From assembly GCA_963705705.1 (NCBI GenBank), contig CAVPKK010000006.1, positions 32,001 to 96,000 of the forward strand: a stretch of DNA of 64,000 nt. The letters are read 5' to 3'. This document shows, in pieces, positions 20,582-29,553 of the stretch (position 1 is the first letter of the stretch; every line of letters starts with the position of its first letter). The position numbers and the translations under genes were made by a program. Below the pieces are notes generated by a model. It was not told the origin of the DNA. It was given only the letters and a program-made list of their open reading frames with translations, and made no database searches. The stretch comes from an uncultured bacterium. Lineage in GTDB: Bacteria; Babelota; Babeliae; Babelales; JABCYS01.

Positions 20582-21625
20582 TTATTCTTTCTTCTTTTTC
20601 TCTTCATTAGCTTGCCGGTGAATAATGGATGAAATTGCCACTGGATCCGGTTGAGCTATTCGCTGTGCTCGTAGTTGTTGAGTAATGTCGTGGTTATTCA
20701 GCGGAATAGGGATTGCTAAGATAGCTGCAGCTTTTTCAACGGGTATTTGTGGTAAAGCATAGTCAGTTACGATACGCGAAAGATCTGGAATGATATTCTG
20801 TTCACCCAAACTATTTTCAATCTCAGCGCTTGCAACTGCTCGTTGTTGAGGATGTGCTGTGACAAATTGTTGCAATTGGTTGAGCAGCTCCAAACGATTT
20901 TCAATATGCAAGCCTATTAATTTTCGGCTGTCAGGGTAATCAGCAAAATCTTGCTGCAAGCGAATGATCTGTTCTGGATAATAATTTCTAACATACTCTA
21001 GCAAACTCTGCGCCATCTTATAAACCACCGATTGAGGATCGGCATTACACGCATGCAAAAACAATATACCTAGTTTTCGCCCGTTTCTTTTTATACCCTC
21101 AGTCAAAATCCTATTAAAATAGTCCTTCTCCGAATAAGAGGAGTTAGAATCAGGGGAGGCCATCACATCGAATGAATTGACACGCGTATCCCAAAAAAAA
21201 CGAGAGCCTGTCTTAAGATGAGCCAATGATTCAGCAACCAGTTGCAACGTCTCATCTGAGCCATTAACCAACACAGCCCGTAGAAAATTTTGCGTTTCCT
21301 TATCATCAAATAATCCGAACTCTTTCGAAGCAAATAATAACATTTCTGTTTTATCTAGATAACGCGCAGCTGGTAGGTTTTGCACAAATTTATTAAAAGC
21401 GGAATGTATGCGAGTCCTACGCAATCCGGATTTAAGTCGATGAATGATATCTTCATCATTTTGCGGGATCGTAAAAGATTGCGAAGCTGTGACTTGTGAA
21501 GCATAACTATCAAACCATGATGCCAACTGGTCAATAATGGTTTCGTCACTGTTAGCAGACTGGCTTGTAGCAAAGGTTAGTCCAGGGATGAGTAATAGGG
21601 CTAGAAATAGGTGTTTAATTTTCAT
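20582..21625 (-). CDS. Array member: secreted protein, F-box-like motif, EEKKKKE tail
   Basis: LLIPGLTFATSQ; RKLGILFLHAC; IIPDLSRIVTDY. Confidence 0.8.
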   Translation of the reverse strand: MKIKHLFLALLLIPGLTFATSQSANSDETIIDQLASWFDSYASQVTASQSFTIPQNDEDIIHRLKSGLRRTRIHSAFNKFVQNLPAARYLDKTEMLLFASKEFGLFDDKETQNFLRAVLVNGSDETLQLVAESLAHLKTGSRFFWDTRVNSFDVMASPDSNSSYSEKDYFNRILTEGIKRNGRKLGILFLHACNADPQSVVYKMAQSLLEYVRNYYPEQIIRLQQDFADYPDSRKLIGLHIENRLELLNQLQQFVTAHPQQRAVASAEIENSLGEQNIIPDLSRIVTDYALPQIPVEKAAAILAIPIPLNNHDITQQLRAQRIAQPDPVAISSIIHRQANEEKKKKE

Positions 21626-21652
21626 TTTTCCTCCATTTGAACTTGGCCAATA

Positions 21653-22777
21653 TTATTCTTTCTTCTTTTTCTCTTCGTCGTCTTGCCGGCGAGTAATGGG
21701 TGAAATTGCCATTGGGCCTGGTGGAGCTTGTAGCTGTCTGATTGCTGCGGGAACTTGTATAGGTGCATGCGCAGCTATAGCAGCTAGTTGCTGGCCCGGC
21801 AATTGAACAATGTTCTGGTTATTCAAGGGAATAGGTATAGCTAATATAGCCGCAGCTTCTTCGGCTGGTATTTGTGGTAGCGCATAGTCGGCTACGATAC
21901 GCGAAAGATCAGGAATGATATTGTGTTCACCCAAAGCATCTTGAATCTGTGCGCTCGCAGCTGCTCGCTGTTGAGGTTGAGCCGCAACAAACTCCTGCAA
22001 TTGGATGAGCAACTCCACAACATCTTGAAGCGAGCGGCCGTCTAATTCTTGTCGTCCGGGATAATCCGCAAGATTTTGCTGTAATTTGATGATCCTCTTT
22101 GGATAATAATTTTTAACACATTCAAGTAAATTCTGCGCCATAAGATAAACCACCGATTGAGGGTCGGCATAACATGCATGCAAAAATAATATACCAAGCT
22201 TTCGCCCGTTATTTTTTATGCCTTGAGTCAAAATATTTTTAAAATAGCTTGACTTGCAGGAAAAATAGTCAACGGCGTGGGATGTACTACGAATCATCAC
22301 ATCGTCTGGAAGGACAGGCGTATCCCAAGTAAAATTAGGCTCTATTTTAATATGGACTAATGCCTCAGTAACCAATTGCACCATCTCATCTGATACATCC
22401 CTAACCAATATAATCCGTAATAACTTTTGCGTTTCTTCATCATTAAATAAACCCAATTTTTTCGAAGCAGATAATAACAATGCAGTTTTATCTAGATAAC
22501 GCGCAATTGGTAGGCTTTCTAAAAAATTACGGAAAGTGGGATGTACGCGAGTATGGGGGCTATTTATACGCAATCCGGTTTCAAGTCGCGAAATAATATT
22601 TTCATCATTTTGCGGGAACCTAAAAAATGGCGGCGTTGTGACTTGTGTAGCATAATGTTCATATAATCTAGCCCATTGCATTTCGTCAGTATTGATCTCG
22701 CTACTGCTAGCCGGCTGGTTAGTAGCAAAGGTTAGACCGGGGATGAGTAATAAGATTAGTGATAAGGTTTTAAACAT
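21653..22777 (-). CDS. Array member: secreted protein, F-box-like motif, EEKKKKE tail
   Basis: LLIPGLTFATNQPA; IIPDLSRIVADY. Confidence 0.8.
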   Translation of the reverse strand: MFKTLSLILLLIPGLTFATNQPASSSEINTDEMQWARLYEHYATQVTTPPFFRFPQNDENIISRLETGLRINSPHTRVHPTFRNFLESLPIARYLDKTALLLSASKKLGLFNDEETQKLLRIILVRDVSDEMVQLVTEALVHIKIEPNFTWDTPVLPDDVMIRSTSHAVDYFSCKSSYFKNILTQGIKNNGRKLGILFLHACYADPQSVVYLMAQNLLECVKNYYPKRIIKLQQNLADYPGRQELDGRSLQDVVELLIQLQEFVAAQPQQRAAASAQIQDALGEHNIIPDLSRIVADYALPQIPAEEAAAILAIPIPLNNQNIVQLPGQQLAAIAAHAPIQVPAAIRQLQAPPGPMAISPITRRQDDEEKKKKE

Positions 22778-22813
22778 TGTTTTCCTCCAAATGAATTTTC
22801 TTCGTAATGAATA

Positions 22814-23749
22814 TTATTCTTTCTTCTTTTTCTCTTCGGCTTGCCGGCGAAGGTGTGAGGTCACCATTGGGTCTGGCTCTTGTATTTGCCTGATTGCTGC
22901 GGAAACTTGTCCTCGTACATACGGAGGAACAGGAATTAATAAGATAACCGCATCTAGCGCAGCTGGTATTTGTGGTAGCGCATAGTCAGCTATGATGCGC
23001 GAAAGATCTGGAATGACATTGTATTCACCCAAAGCATTTTGAATCTGGCGGCTTGCTATTGCTCGCTGTTGATGATAAGCCGCAACAAATTGCGCTAACT
23101 GAATGAACTTCTCTGGACAATGTCTAATTTGCTGTAATAAATTCTTCGCCATCATAAAAACTACTGACTGATGGTCGGCATGATATGAATTCAGAAGTAA
23201 TATGCCAAGCTTTCTACCATCCTTTATTTCCTGAGTCACCATAAGTTTAAAGTAGGCGTTAACGGTTGATTGAGGGTTCCAGCGGCCAAGAAAAAAACTG
23301 GTATCGAATAAAAAATCATGTGCTGCCCTAAGAGGAACTAGGGTCTCGACTATTAACTGCAGCATCTCATCTGATCCCCTATTCAGTGCAAGCTGCAGCA
23401 AAACTTGTATTTCCCTGCCACCTTTCACGCCACCAAATACCCCTAAGTCGACAGCAGTCAATAAAAGCTGTTGGGTTCTATCGAGGTAAACGGCTGGGAA
23501 ACTTCCTAGAGATTCACTGAAATCTTGGTTAGTGAAAGGCCTTTCACTAGTCATAAATAAAAGAAACTCAAGGTGAGTCATTATTTCGTTATCACCAGAT
23601 GAAGCAGAGGCTGCGCCTTGTGGGACATAGCTATATGATCGATCCAATGGACTTTCGTCTGTATCGGTATTGCCGGCCGGCTGACTGGTAGCTAATGCGA
23701 GCCCAGGAATAAGCAGAAGGGTAAGTGATAGGCGCTTAAACTTAAACAT
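22814..23749 (-). CDS. First array member: secreted protein, F-box-like motif, EEKKKKE tail
   Basis: LLIPGLALATSQPA; VIPDLSRIIADY. Confidence 0.8.
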   Translation of the reverse strand: MFKFKRLSLTLLLIPGLALATSQPAGNTDTDESPLDRSYSYVPQGAASASSGDNEIMTHLEFLLFMTSERPFTNQDFSESLGSFPAVYLDRTQQLLLTAVDLGVFGGVKGGREIQVLLQLALNRGSDEMLQLIVETLVPLRAAHDFLFDTSFFLGRWNPQSTVNAYFKLMVTQEIKDGRKLGILLLNSYHADHQSVVFMMAKNLLQQIRHCPEKFIQLAQFVAAYHQQRAIASRQIQNALGEYNVIPDLSRIIADYALPQIPAALDAVILLIPVPPYVRGQVSAAIRQIQEPDPMVTSHLRRQAEEKKKKE

Positions 23750-23776
23750 TGTCTTCCTCCAAATGAATGAACAAAT

Positions 23777-23804
23777 AGTCTATATAAGGCGGCTCCCCTG
23801 TCAA
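23777..23804 (-). promoter_or_regulatory. Putative sigma70 promoter of the array (TTGACA-16-TAGACT)
   Basis: Minus strand ggctttTGACA-ggggagccgccttata-TAGACT, followed by GGAGG RBS and ATG 23749. Confidence 0.6.
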
Positions 23805-23864
23805 AAGCCCCGGGTGTGTTGGATTCGCGCATTCAGACTATATTTAATGGCCTTTTCAAGGCAC

Positions 23865-23889
23865 AAAAAAAGGCACTCCATTGAGTGCC
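23865..23889 (-). terminator. Intrinsic terminator after the 23917 gene
   Basis: GGCACTC/GAGTGCC stem with T-run on the minus strand. Confidence 0.75.
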
Positions 23890-23916
23890 CTGATCGAATA
23901 GCCTTATTCTTTAGTG

Positions 23917-25026
23917 CTAGAGCCATCTAACTCTGCCTCGAGAAAGAGCTTGCCACCAAATATTTGACATGATCTTGGCACGTATGACTTCTTCAACATC
24001 GGGATGCATACCCTCTGCATAATCCAAAATTATATGATCGATGATCGCACTGGGCATAAATGGCAAAAGAGTGTCGCGAACATGCGGAACAATACTTTCC
24101 TTTGCTGATGGCAATAACGCGGGCCAGTGAAGGGCATCCACCTCGGTGTTCTCATTTCTCATGCAAGCATAAAGCTTTAGGGCACGGATCAGAATTTTCT
24201 CAATTGCCTCTTTTTCCATTTCTGTTGCACCGGCATGCAACAATTTGCTTATTATAAGCCACCAACGGGCACTCTTGCCAGGGTCAAGAACGGCAGCAAA
24301 CTCACCATGCGCATGTTCATCGGCAATGAGGAGCGGCGTATCATATAAAAAATTGTCATCATACATTAACATCCCATACTCATCCTCCTTATCACATGAG
24401 CGCACTCGTAATGAAGATGTATCGGACCGTTTGTTCATGAATCCATTTGGATCGGCACCGGCATCAATTAAATCGTTTATTAGTGAGTTGCAACCGATCT
24501 CTGTTGCCAGACTCAGAGGCGTAAATACATCATTACAGTAGTCAATGGAAATCTCGGCTTCAGCATTTGGATTAGCGCCATAATTAAGCAGCGCTCTTAT
24601 AATAGGTACAGCAGCTTCTTTATCTCGATCAATGCATTCACCATTATTTTTTTCTTTGCATCTTAGTAATCCGATCATAAGCGCTGGGATTTCCTTTGTC
24701 TTAATCTCTGAATCAAAAAGCCTTAAAAAACGCAAACTCTTAACCAAAGGCATCCATTCATTCGCCCCTTGGTTGTCTGCCGCATTTGGGTCCATACCTT
24801 TTTTTAACCATGGGAGCACATGAGCTATACCACCACACTTGATCAGATGAAGAAACAAGGCTTTTCTCATTGAAGCCTTGTTTGCTTGCCGGTCTGGTCG
24901 GTTGAATTGCCCAATTGTCGGTACCTGGACGACGTTACATGCGTTATTAGTGCCGGCAGGAACCGATGTTGCCATGACTTGAGTTGATGCAAGTAATACT
25001 AGTAAAGATAAGTATTTTAGATTCAT
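23917..25026 (-). CDS. Secreted ankyrin-repeat protein (paralogue of 3335..4438)
   Basis: LLNYGANPNAEAEI, TPLSLAT, LIDAGADPNG; FMPSAIIDHIILDY; MHPDVEEVIRAKI shared with the 3335 gene. Confidence 0.85.
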   Translation of the reverse strand: MNLKYLSLLVLLASTQVMATSVPAGTNNACNVVQVPTIGQFNRPDRQANKASMRKALFLHLIKCGGIAHVLPWLKKGMDPNAADNQGANEWMPLVKSLRFLRLFDSEIKTKEIPALMIGLLRCKEKNNGECIDRDKEAAVPIIRALLNYGANPNAEAEISIDYCNDVFTPLSLATEIGCNSLINDLIDAGADPNGFMNKRSDTSSLRVRSCDKEDEYGMLMYDDNFLYDTPLLIADEHAHGEFAAVLDPGKSARWWLIISKLLHAGATEMEKEAIEKILIRALKLYACMRNENTEVDALHWPALLPSAKESIVPHVRDTLLPFMPSAIIDHIILDYAEGMHPDVEEVIRAKIMSNIWWQALSRGRVRWL

Positions 25027-25047
25027 ATAATGCTCCAATAGAATAGT

Positions 25048-25076
25048 AGTCTATGGAGTGCGACAGTTAGCGTCAA
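25048..25076 (-). promoter_or_regulatory. Putative sigma70 promoter (TTGACG-17-TAGACT)
   Basis: Seen upstream of ATG 25026; same GGCTTTTGAC and TAGACTA context as the 23777..23804 promoter. Confidence 0.6.
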
Positions 25077-25121
25077 AAGCCTATGCTGACTCAATAAGGC
25101 TACAGCCAATCACTTGTGAAG

Positions 25122-25143
25122 TAGAGAGGCCGAAGCCTCCCTA
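25122..25143 (-). terminator. UUCG-loop hairpin right after the 25144 gene stop
   Basis: AGGGAGGC-TTCG-GCCTCTCT on the minus strand; weak U-tract. Confidence 0.5.
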
Positions 25144-25491
25144 TTAGTATGTGCTCGATTCATCATCGAAACATGGTATGCGCAATGGTCGACTAGCCCA
25201 CTGAACTTGGTTTGAAAAGTCATGGAAGTCCGCTAGCCGCTGAGCCTCTCGGCGCCGATGCGCTGCCTGCGCCCATGCCTTAGTGCCAAGAAACTTTTTA
25301 CCGATGACCTTTTGGAGATCTGTAGGCAAGTTATTAATTCTTTGCCACAACTCATCTTGGGAAAAAGTTTGCGACAAACGGGTGCAATGGATGGTAGGCG
25401 ATCCTGTATTACTTGTTGCCAGCAAGCCGGACATGGTGATGGTTAATAGAGCTGCGCACAAAAGACGCGCGAAAATAGTAAAAACAAACAT
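25144..25491 (-). CDS. Small secreted protein with F-box-like motif
   Basis: Signal peptide; INNLPTDLQKVIG. Confidence 0.65.
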   Translation of the reverse strand: MFVFTIFARLLCAALLTITMSGLLATSNTGSPTIHCTRLSQTFSQDELWQRINNLPTDLQKVIGKKFLGTKAWAQAAHRRREAQRLADFHDFSNQVQWASRPLRIPCFDDESSTY

Positions 25492-25805
25492 AGTTGTTCC
25501 TTAATATAGACATCATTTGAAACAGTCATGCATCGAGACGCATAAAAGCTTTATCTGATGTGAAACATCAAAAAATTAAGTAAACGCGAAAATGGTTAGG
25601 TGAGGGGTATAGTATGTTCTGGCTTAGCGCCAGTAATTGATGGAATAGAAAAGATAAGCGCCATAGGCGCCCGATAATGATACAGAAGATTTGAGTGATA
25701 GCATTAACATGCCGTTTCCTGTAATAATTATCTGAGTAGAGATTACCATAGCCTAGCAGGGGCATTCAACCCGTCAAAGGGGGCGAGACTGCAAATTCTT
25801 GCCTT

Positions 25806-25834
25806 TTGCAATTGCCATGGTTTATCATTACTAT
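25806..25834 (+). promoter_or_regulatory. Putative sigma70 promoter (TTGCAA-17-TACTAT)
   Basis: Seen directly upstream of the His-rich leader ORF. Confidence 0.65.
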
Positions 25835-25881
25835 ATCAGCAATTATAAGGCATGAATGCCTCCAAACCACACGGAGAACCA

Positions 25882-26001
25882 ATGAACTCCATCATATTCC
25901 CATCTTTCGTACCCGCATTTCCTTCAATTTTTGCTTGCCCATTTTCTGTCCATACTCATCACCATCATATCCATCATCATTGCCATCACGGCAAAAACTA
26001 A
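25882..26001 (+). CDS. His-rich leader peptide, 39 aa (putative attenuator)
   Basis: GGAG RBS at 25873; MNSIIFPSFVPAFPSIFACPFSVHTHHHHIHHHCHHGKN*; stop lies 89 nt before the symporter ATG. Confidence 0.75.
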   Translation: MNSIIFPSFVPAFPSIFACPFSVHTHHHHIHHHCHHGKN

Positions 26002-26090
26002 CTCATTCCCTATTTGTAATTTCATTCTTTAAACATTTTTGCGGTCAACGCGGACCTCTGCGTCTCTGCTATTAATCATGGATATTTAAC

Positions 26091-27509
26091 ATGTTTACCT
26101 ATTTATTTCTTGGCCTGCTTGCAGGCTTTGGTGCGTTATATGCTTTTCTTGGTATTCGGGCATCTCGTTCAGTAAAAACAGAAGCTGATTACTACCTTGG
26201 CAATCGTAGTCTTGGTTTTTGGCAAATCACCTGCAATCTCATCGCGACCCAGCTCGGCGGTGGCATGCTCATCGGCACGGCTGAAGAGGCGTATATGAAA
26301 GGATTGTATGGATTGCTCTATACCCTTGGCATGGGCCTAGGTCTTTTATTATTGGCTGGTGGGGTTGCAGCGCGACTGCAGCAATTCAAGGTTACGACTG
26401 CGGCTGAGCTTTTTGGCATGCAATATAAATCTGACAAGCTGCGTAAAATAGCCTCATTGTTATCCATTATCACTCTGTTCGGCATTTTAGTGACGCAAGC
26501 AATTTCATTCCGCAAACTACTCTGCGGCATTGGATTCGCCGATGTCTGGATAAGCAATATATTCTGGCTATCCGTCATTGGGTATACCATGATTGGCGGG
26601 TTAAGGGCGATAACCATCAACGATATGGTTCAGCTTTGTATCATTGTTACTGTCTTTGGCTCATTGTTCGTTGGCATACTGTGGCAAAATCCAACATCGA
26701 TTACCACCCTTTTTTCTGCACAAGCTAATTTTATTGGAACCACACCATCGTTTATGCAGCTAATTCCGATCGCCCTTCTACCGGCACTCTTTTCATTATT
26801 TCAGCAAGATTTGGCTCAGCGATTTTTTGCTGCGCGGTCAATGAAAGTGGCTGCTTCGGCGGCACTCAGCGCAGGTATTTTTTTACTGCTCTTTTCAATT
26901 GTGCCAGTTTATTTTGGCATGCAGGCCAAGTTTTCTGGCTTAAACCAAGCAAATGGTTCGGTATTACTGCAATATATTTCGCAAAATGCTAATCAGTTTA
27001 TGTTCGCATTAGTGGTTTGTGCAATTATTGCCGCGATCATTTCAACCGCCGATGCTCTAATCAATGCTTTAAGCGCAAACATCACAAATGATTTTGATTG
27101 GAAAATTGCTGGGAATAGAAAGCTGGTTGTCGCCAAGTTAGTCTCCGGAGCAGTTGGCCTGGCAGCCTTGGTGATGTCATACCTAATGCCTTCAAATATT
27201 ATTGGCTTGATGATCGACAGTTATGCTATTTCGGTCTGCTGCCTCATCGTTCCCATGATGTATGGGATTTATCAAAAGAAATGCGTTCCTCAAGCGGCAT
27301 ATTGCGCTATTGCTGGTGGACTGATTGCTTTTATCACATTTAGCGTGTTTAATGTTGGCATAGCAAAAGAGTTATTGGCATTAATATTTTCGTGGATTAG
27401 CTATCAGGCAGGAATATGGATCTGGCAAAGAAAAAAATTGGCATCTGGGGATACGGCGTCACCGGAAAATCAGCCATTCCCTTCTTCAAGCAAATCGGCT
27501 GCCAAGTAG
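26091..27509 (+). CDS. Sodium:solute symporter (SSS) family transporter
   Basis: Many TM helices; DYYLGNRSLG, YTMIGGLRA, QDLAQRFFAARS, AAIISTAD motifs. Confidence 0.92.
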   Translation: MFTYLFLGLLAGFGALYAFLGIRASRSVKTEADYYLGNRSLGFWQITCNLIATQLGGGMLIGTAEEAYMKGLYGLLYTLGMGLGLLLLAGGVAARLQQFKVTTAAELFGMQYKSDKLRKIASLLSIITLFGILVTQAISFRKLLCGIGFADVWISNIFWLSVIGYTMIGGLRAITINDMVQLCIIVTVFGSLFVGILWQNPTSITTLFSAQANFIGTTPSFMQLIPIALLPALFSLFQQDLAQRFFAARSMKVAASAALSAGIFLLLFSIVPVYFGMQAKFSGLNQANGSVLLQYISQNANQFMFALVVCAIIAAIISTADALINALSANITNDFDWKIAGNRKLVVAKLVSGAVGLAALVMSYLMPSNIIGLMIDSYAISVCCLIVPMMYGIYQKKCVPQAAYCAIAGGLIAFITFSVFNVGIAKELLALIFSWISYQAGIWIWQRKKLASGDTASPENQPFPSSSKSAAK

Positions 27510-28747
27510 GGCTAGCTGAGAAAAAAACGCTAACAGCTGAAGAACAGGAACAAATTTCACGCGATAATGTAACATTGTGGCCATATGAGCAGCTTGAACA
27601 ATTCCTTGCTGCTCACGATGCCATTTTTACCAGCGGCAGTATTGATTTGCGTCCGTATAGCCAGTTCGCCCATAAATGGTTAAGCGAAGTTGATATCATT
27701 CAACAATATGCAGGCCAGCGCTTGGGCAATCCGAAGGTTATTGCGATAACTGGTACGGTCGGCAAAACAACCGTTACACGTTTACTGACACATATATTAC
27801 GGTATGCGGGGTACCAAGTAGCTGCGAGCGGCAATGTTGGGTCACCAACTATGCGGGTTAGTTTTGATCTGCTCCTCGAACGAGCGAAAATTGATTATCT
27901 AATTTTAGAGCTTTCCAGTTATCAATTAGAGATCAGCAAAACTTTTGCTCCTAATGTTGCGATTTTGACCAATTTTTACCCCAACCATTTGGATCGCCAT
28001 GGAACTGAGCAGGCATATTTTGATGCAAAGGCGAGGTTATTTATATATCAGACGCCTGAGCAATATGCTGTGCTGCCAATGGAGTTTAGGGATCGGATTG
28101 TGACGAAGGCGAAAGTTTTTGGTGGAACTAAATACGCTTTCTCTATCAATAACGGGGATTCAGAAGGGAGACTCCCTTTTAATGACGCTCCAACTTATCC
28201 CGAAAACATAGCCATCATCGAAAACATCCTACAGGCACTTCAACTAGATCCGCATCTCCTTACACAAGCAAGCGCAACGTTTGAACGAGATGAACATCGT
28301 CTAGAAAAAGTAGCGACGATTAATGGCGTAGAGATATATAATGATTCAAAGTCTACAGTGCCGCAGGCGACGATCGCTGCCGTGCAAGCATTGCAACACA
28401 AACCGATTATTTTGTTATTGGGCGGCGTAAGCAAAGGTGTTGATCGCTCAACATTAATAGATACCATCAAACAATCCTGCAAAATGGATTGCATAAAAAC
28501 GGTAATTTGTTTTGGCGGAGAGGCGGAACAATTACTGGAGGCTACGGTAAATTCTGGAGTAATGGCATTACGCTGTTCAACACTGGAAGAAGCTTGGGCT
28601 CAAGCATTGAAACTTGCACAGCCGGGTGACCAAGTGTTACTATCTCCAGCGGGTGCCAGTTACGATTTATTTAAGGATTATCAGGAACGTGGTACCATGT
28701 TTAAGAAATTAGTTCACCAATCTCAACAAGAGAAAGGATCACTATGA
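27416..28747 (+). CDS. murD: UDP-N-acetylmuramoyl-L-alanine--D-glutamate ligase
   Basis: GYGVTGKS, ITGTVGKTT, ELSSYQL, NHLDRH, YNDSKST, LLSPAGASYDLFKDYQERG. Confidence 0.93.
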   Translation: MDLAKKKIGIWGYGVTGKSAIPFFKQIGCQVGLAEKKTLTAEEQEQISRDNVTLWPYEQLEQFLAAHDAIFTSGSIDLRPYSQFAHKWLSEVDIIQQYAGQRLGNPKVIAITGTVGKTTVTRLLTHILRYAGYQVAASGNVGSPTMRVSFDLLLERAKIDYLILELSSYQLEISKTFAPNVAILTNFYPNHLDRHGTEQAYFDAKARLFIYQTPEQYAVLPMEFRDRIVTKAKVFGGTKYAFSINNGDSEGRLPFNDAPTYPENIAIIENILQALQLDPHLLTQASATFERDEHRLEKVATINGVEIYNDSKSTVPQATIAAVQALQHKPIILLLGGVSKGVDRSTLIDTIKQSCKMDCIKTVICFGGEAEQLLEATVNSGVMALRCSTLEEAWAQALKLAQPGDQVLLSPAGASYDLFKDYQERGTMFKKLVHQSQQEKGSL

Positions 28748-29358
28748 TTCGGTATATGATCACTGGATTAACGGCAGCTGCGCTTAGCATGGCGCCTGTT
28801 GCCAATGCAGCCGCACCGTCGGTCTTCAATACAGGAAAACCAACCAATAAGCAGGATAAAGGGAAATTAGATTTAATTTCCAGCTGGGATATTGCACCGC
28901 TCTTTCTTTTTACTGGTTCTATGATTTATATGTACACGGTAAAGAAACAATGCAGTGTTCTTGAAGAAACAATAGCCAAACAAAATTCAAGATTCGATAA
29001 ATTCGAAAAAGAAATCGCTACCCTTGAAAAAAGATTTAGAGGCCCCTTCCATGAGGAAGATGAAGATGAAAAAGGCGGCAATCGGCGTCCATCTGAAGGT
29101 TTCGTCCGGATGCCTGGATCATCCCTGAGCAGTGGTTTGCATATGAGCCCACCACCGGCTACAAATTCAAGTGTAACAAGCCCATCAGTTTCATCAGAGG
29201 TTCCGCCCGTTTACCCGAACGTTGCACGAGATGAAGGACGCACAAGTCCAGTTTCACCTATTATGGTGCCAGAACCTGATTCAGAAATGTCTGATTTCAG
29301 TGACGTTGAGGGTGAAGCTCCACCGGCAACAAAGAATGAAGAAAAGAAGAAGGACTAA
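28744..29358 (+). CDS. Hypothetical membrane protein (signal, TM helix, coiled coil, Ser/Pro-rich tail)
   Basis: ATGA overlap with murD stop; composition. Confidence 0.75.
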   Translation: MIRYMITGLTAAALSMAPVANAAAPSVFNTGKPTNKQDKGKLDLISSWDIAPLFLFTGSMIYMYTVKKQCSVLEETIAKQNSRFDKFEKEIATLEKRFRGPFHEEDEDEKGGNRRPSEGFVRMPGSSLSSGLHMSPPPATNSSVTSPSVSSEVPPVYPNVARDEGRTSPVSPIMVPEPDSEMSDFSDVEGEAPPATKNEEKKKD

Positions 29359-29382
29359 ATCTTTTCTATAGTTTTGCTAATC

Positions 29383-29414
29383 AAAAGGCCTGGCATATTG
29401 CCGGGCCTTTTTTT
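29383..29414 (+). terminator. Intrinsic terminator
   Basis: AAAAGGCCTGGCA-TAT-TGCCGGGCCTTTTTTT. Confidence 0.85.
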
Positions 29415-29553
29415 GTGCATTCAATTCTCAATTTTGCAATTCATATATATAAATGCCCAATTGGGTGGACGGAGGAGTGTGACGTAAAAAAAATTATTAA
29501 CAGATAGCTATTGGATAATTTTCTGCGAGTCACAACTTACTCATCTAGCTTTG

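Noticed and set aside
4557..23749. Integron cassette array or diversity-generating retroelement
   Set aside because: Junction repeats are mostly coding and not attC-like palindromes; no integrase or reverse transcriptase in the window; no adenine-specific TR/VR pair noticed
25806..26075. 89-aa ORF from the track
   Set aside because: Its TTG start lies in the -35 box; the His-rich ORF in another frame has a proper RBS and ATG
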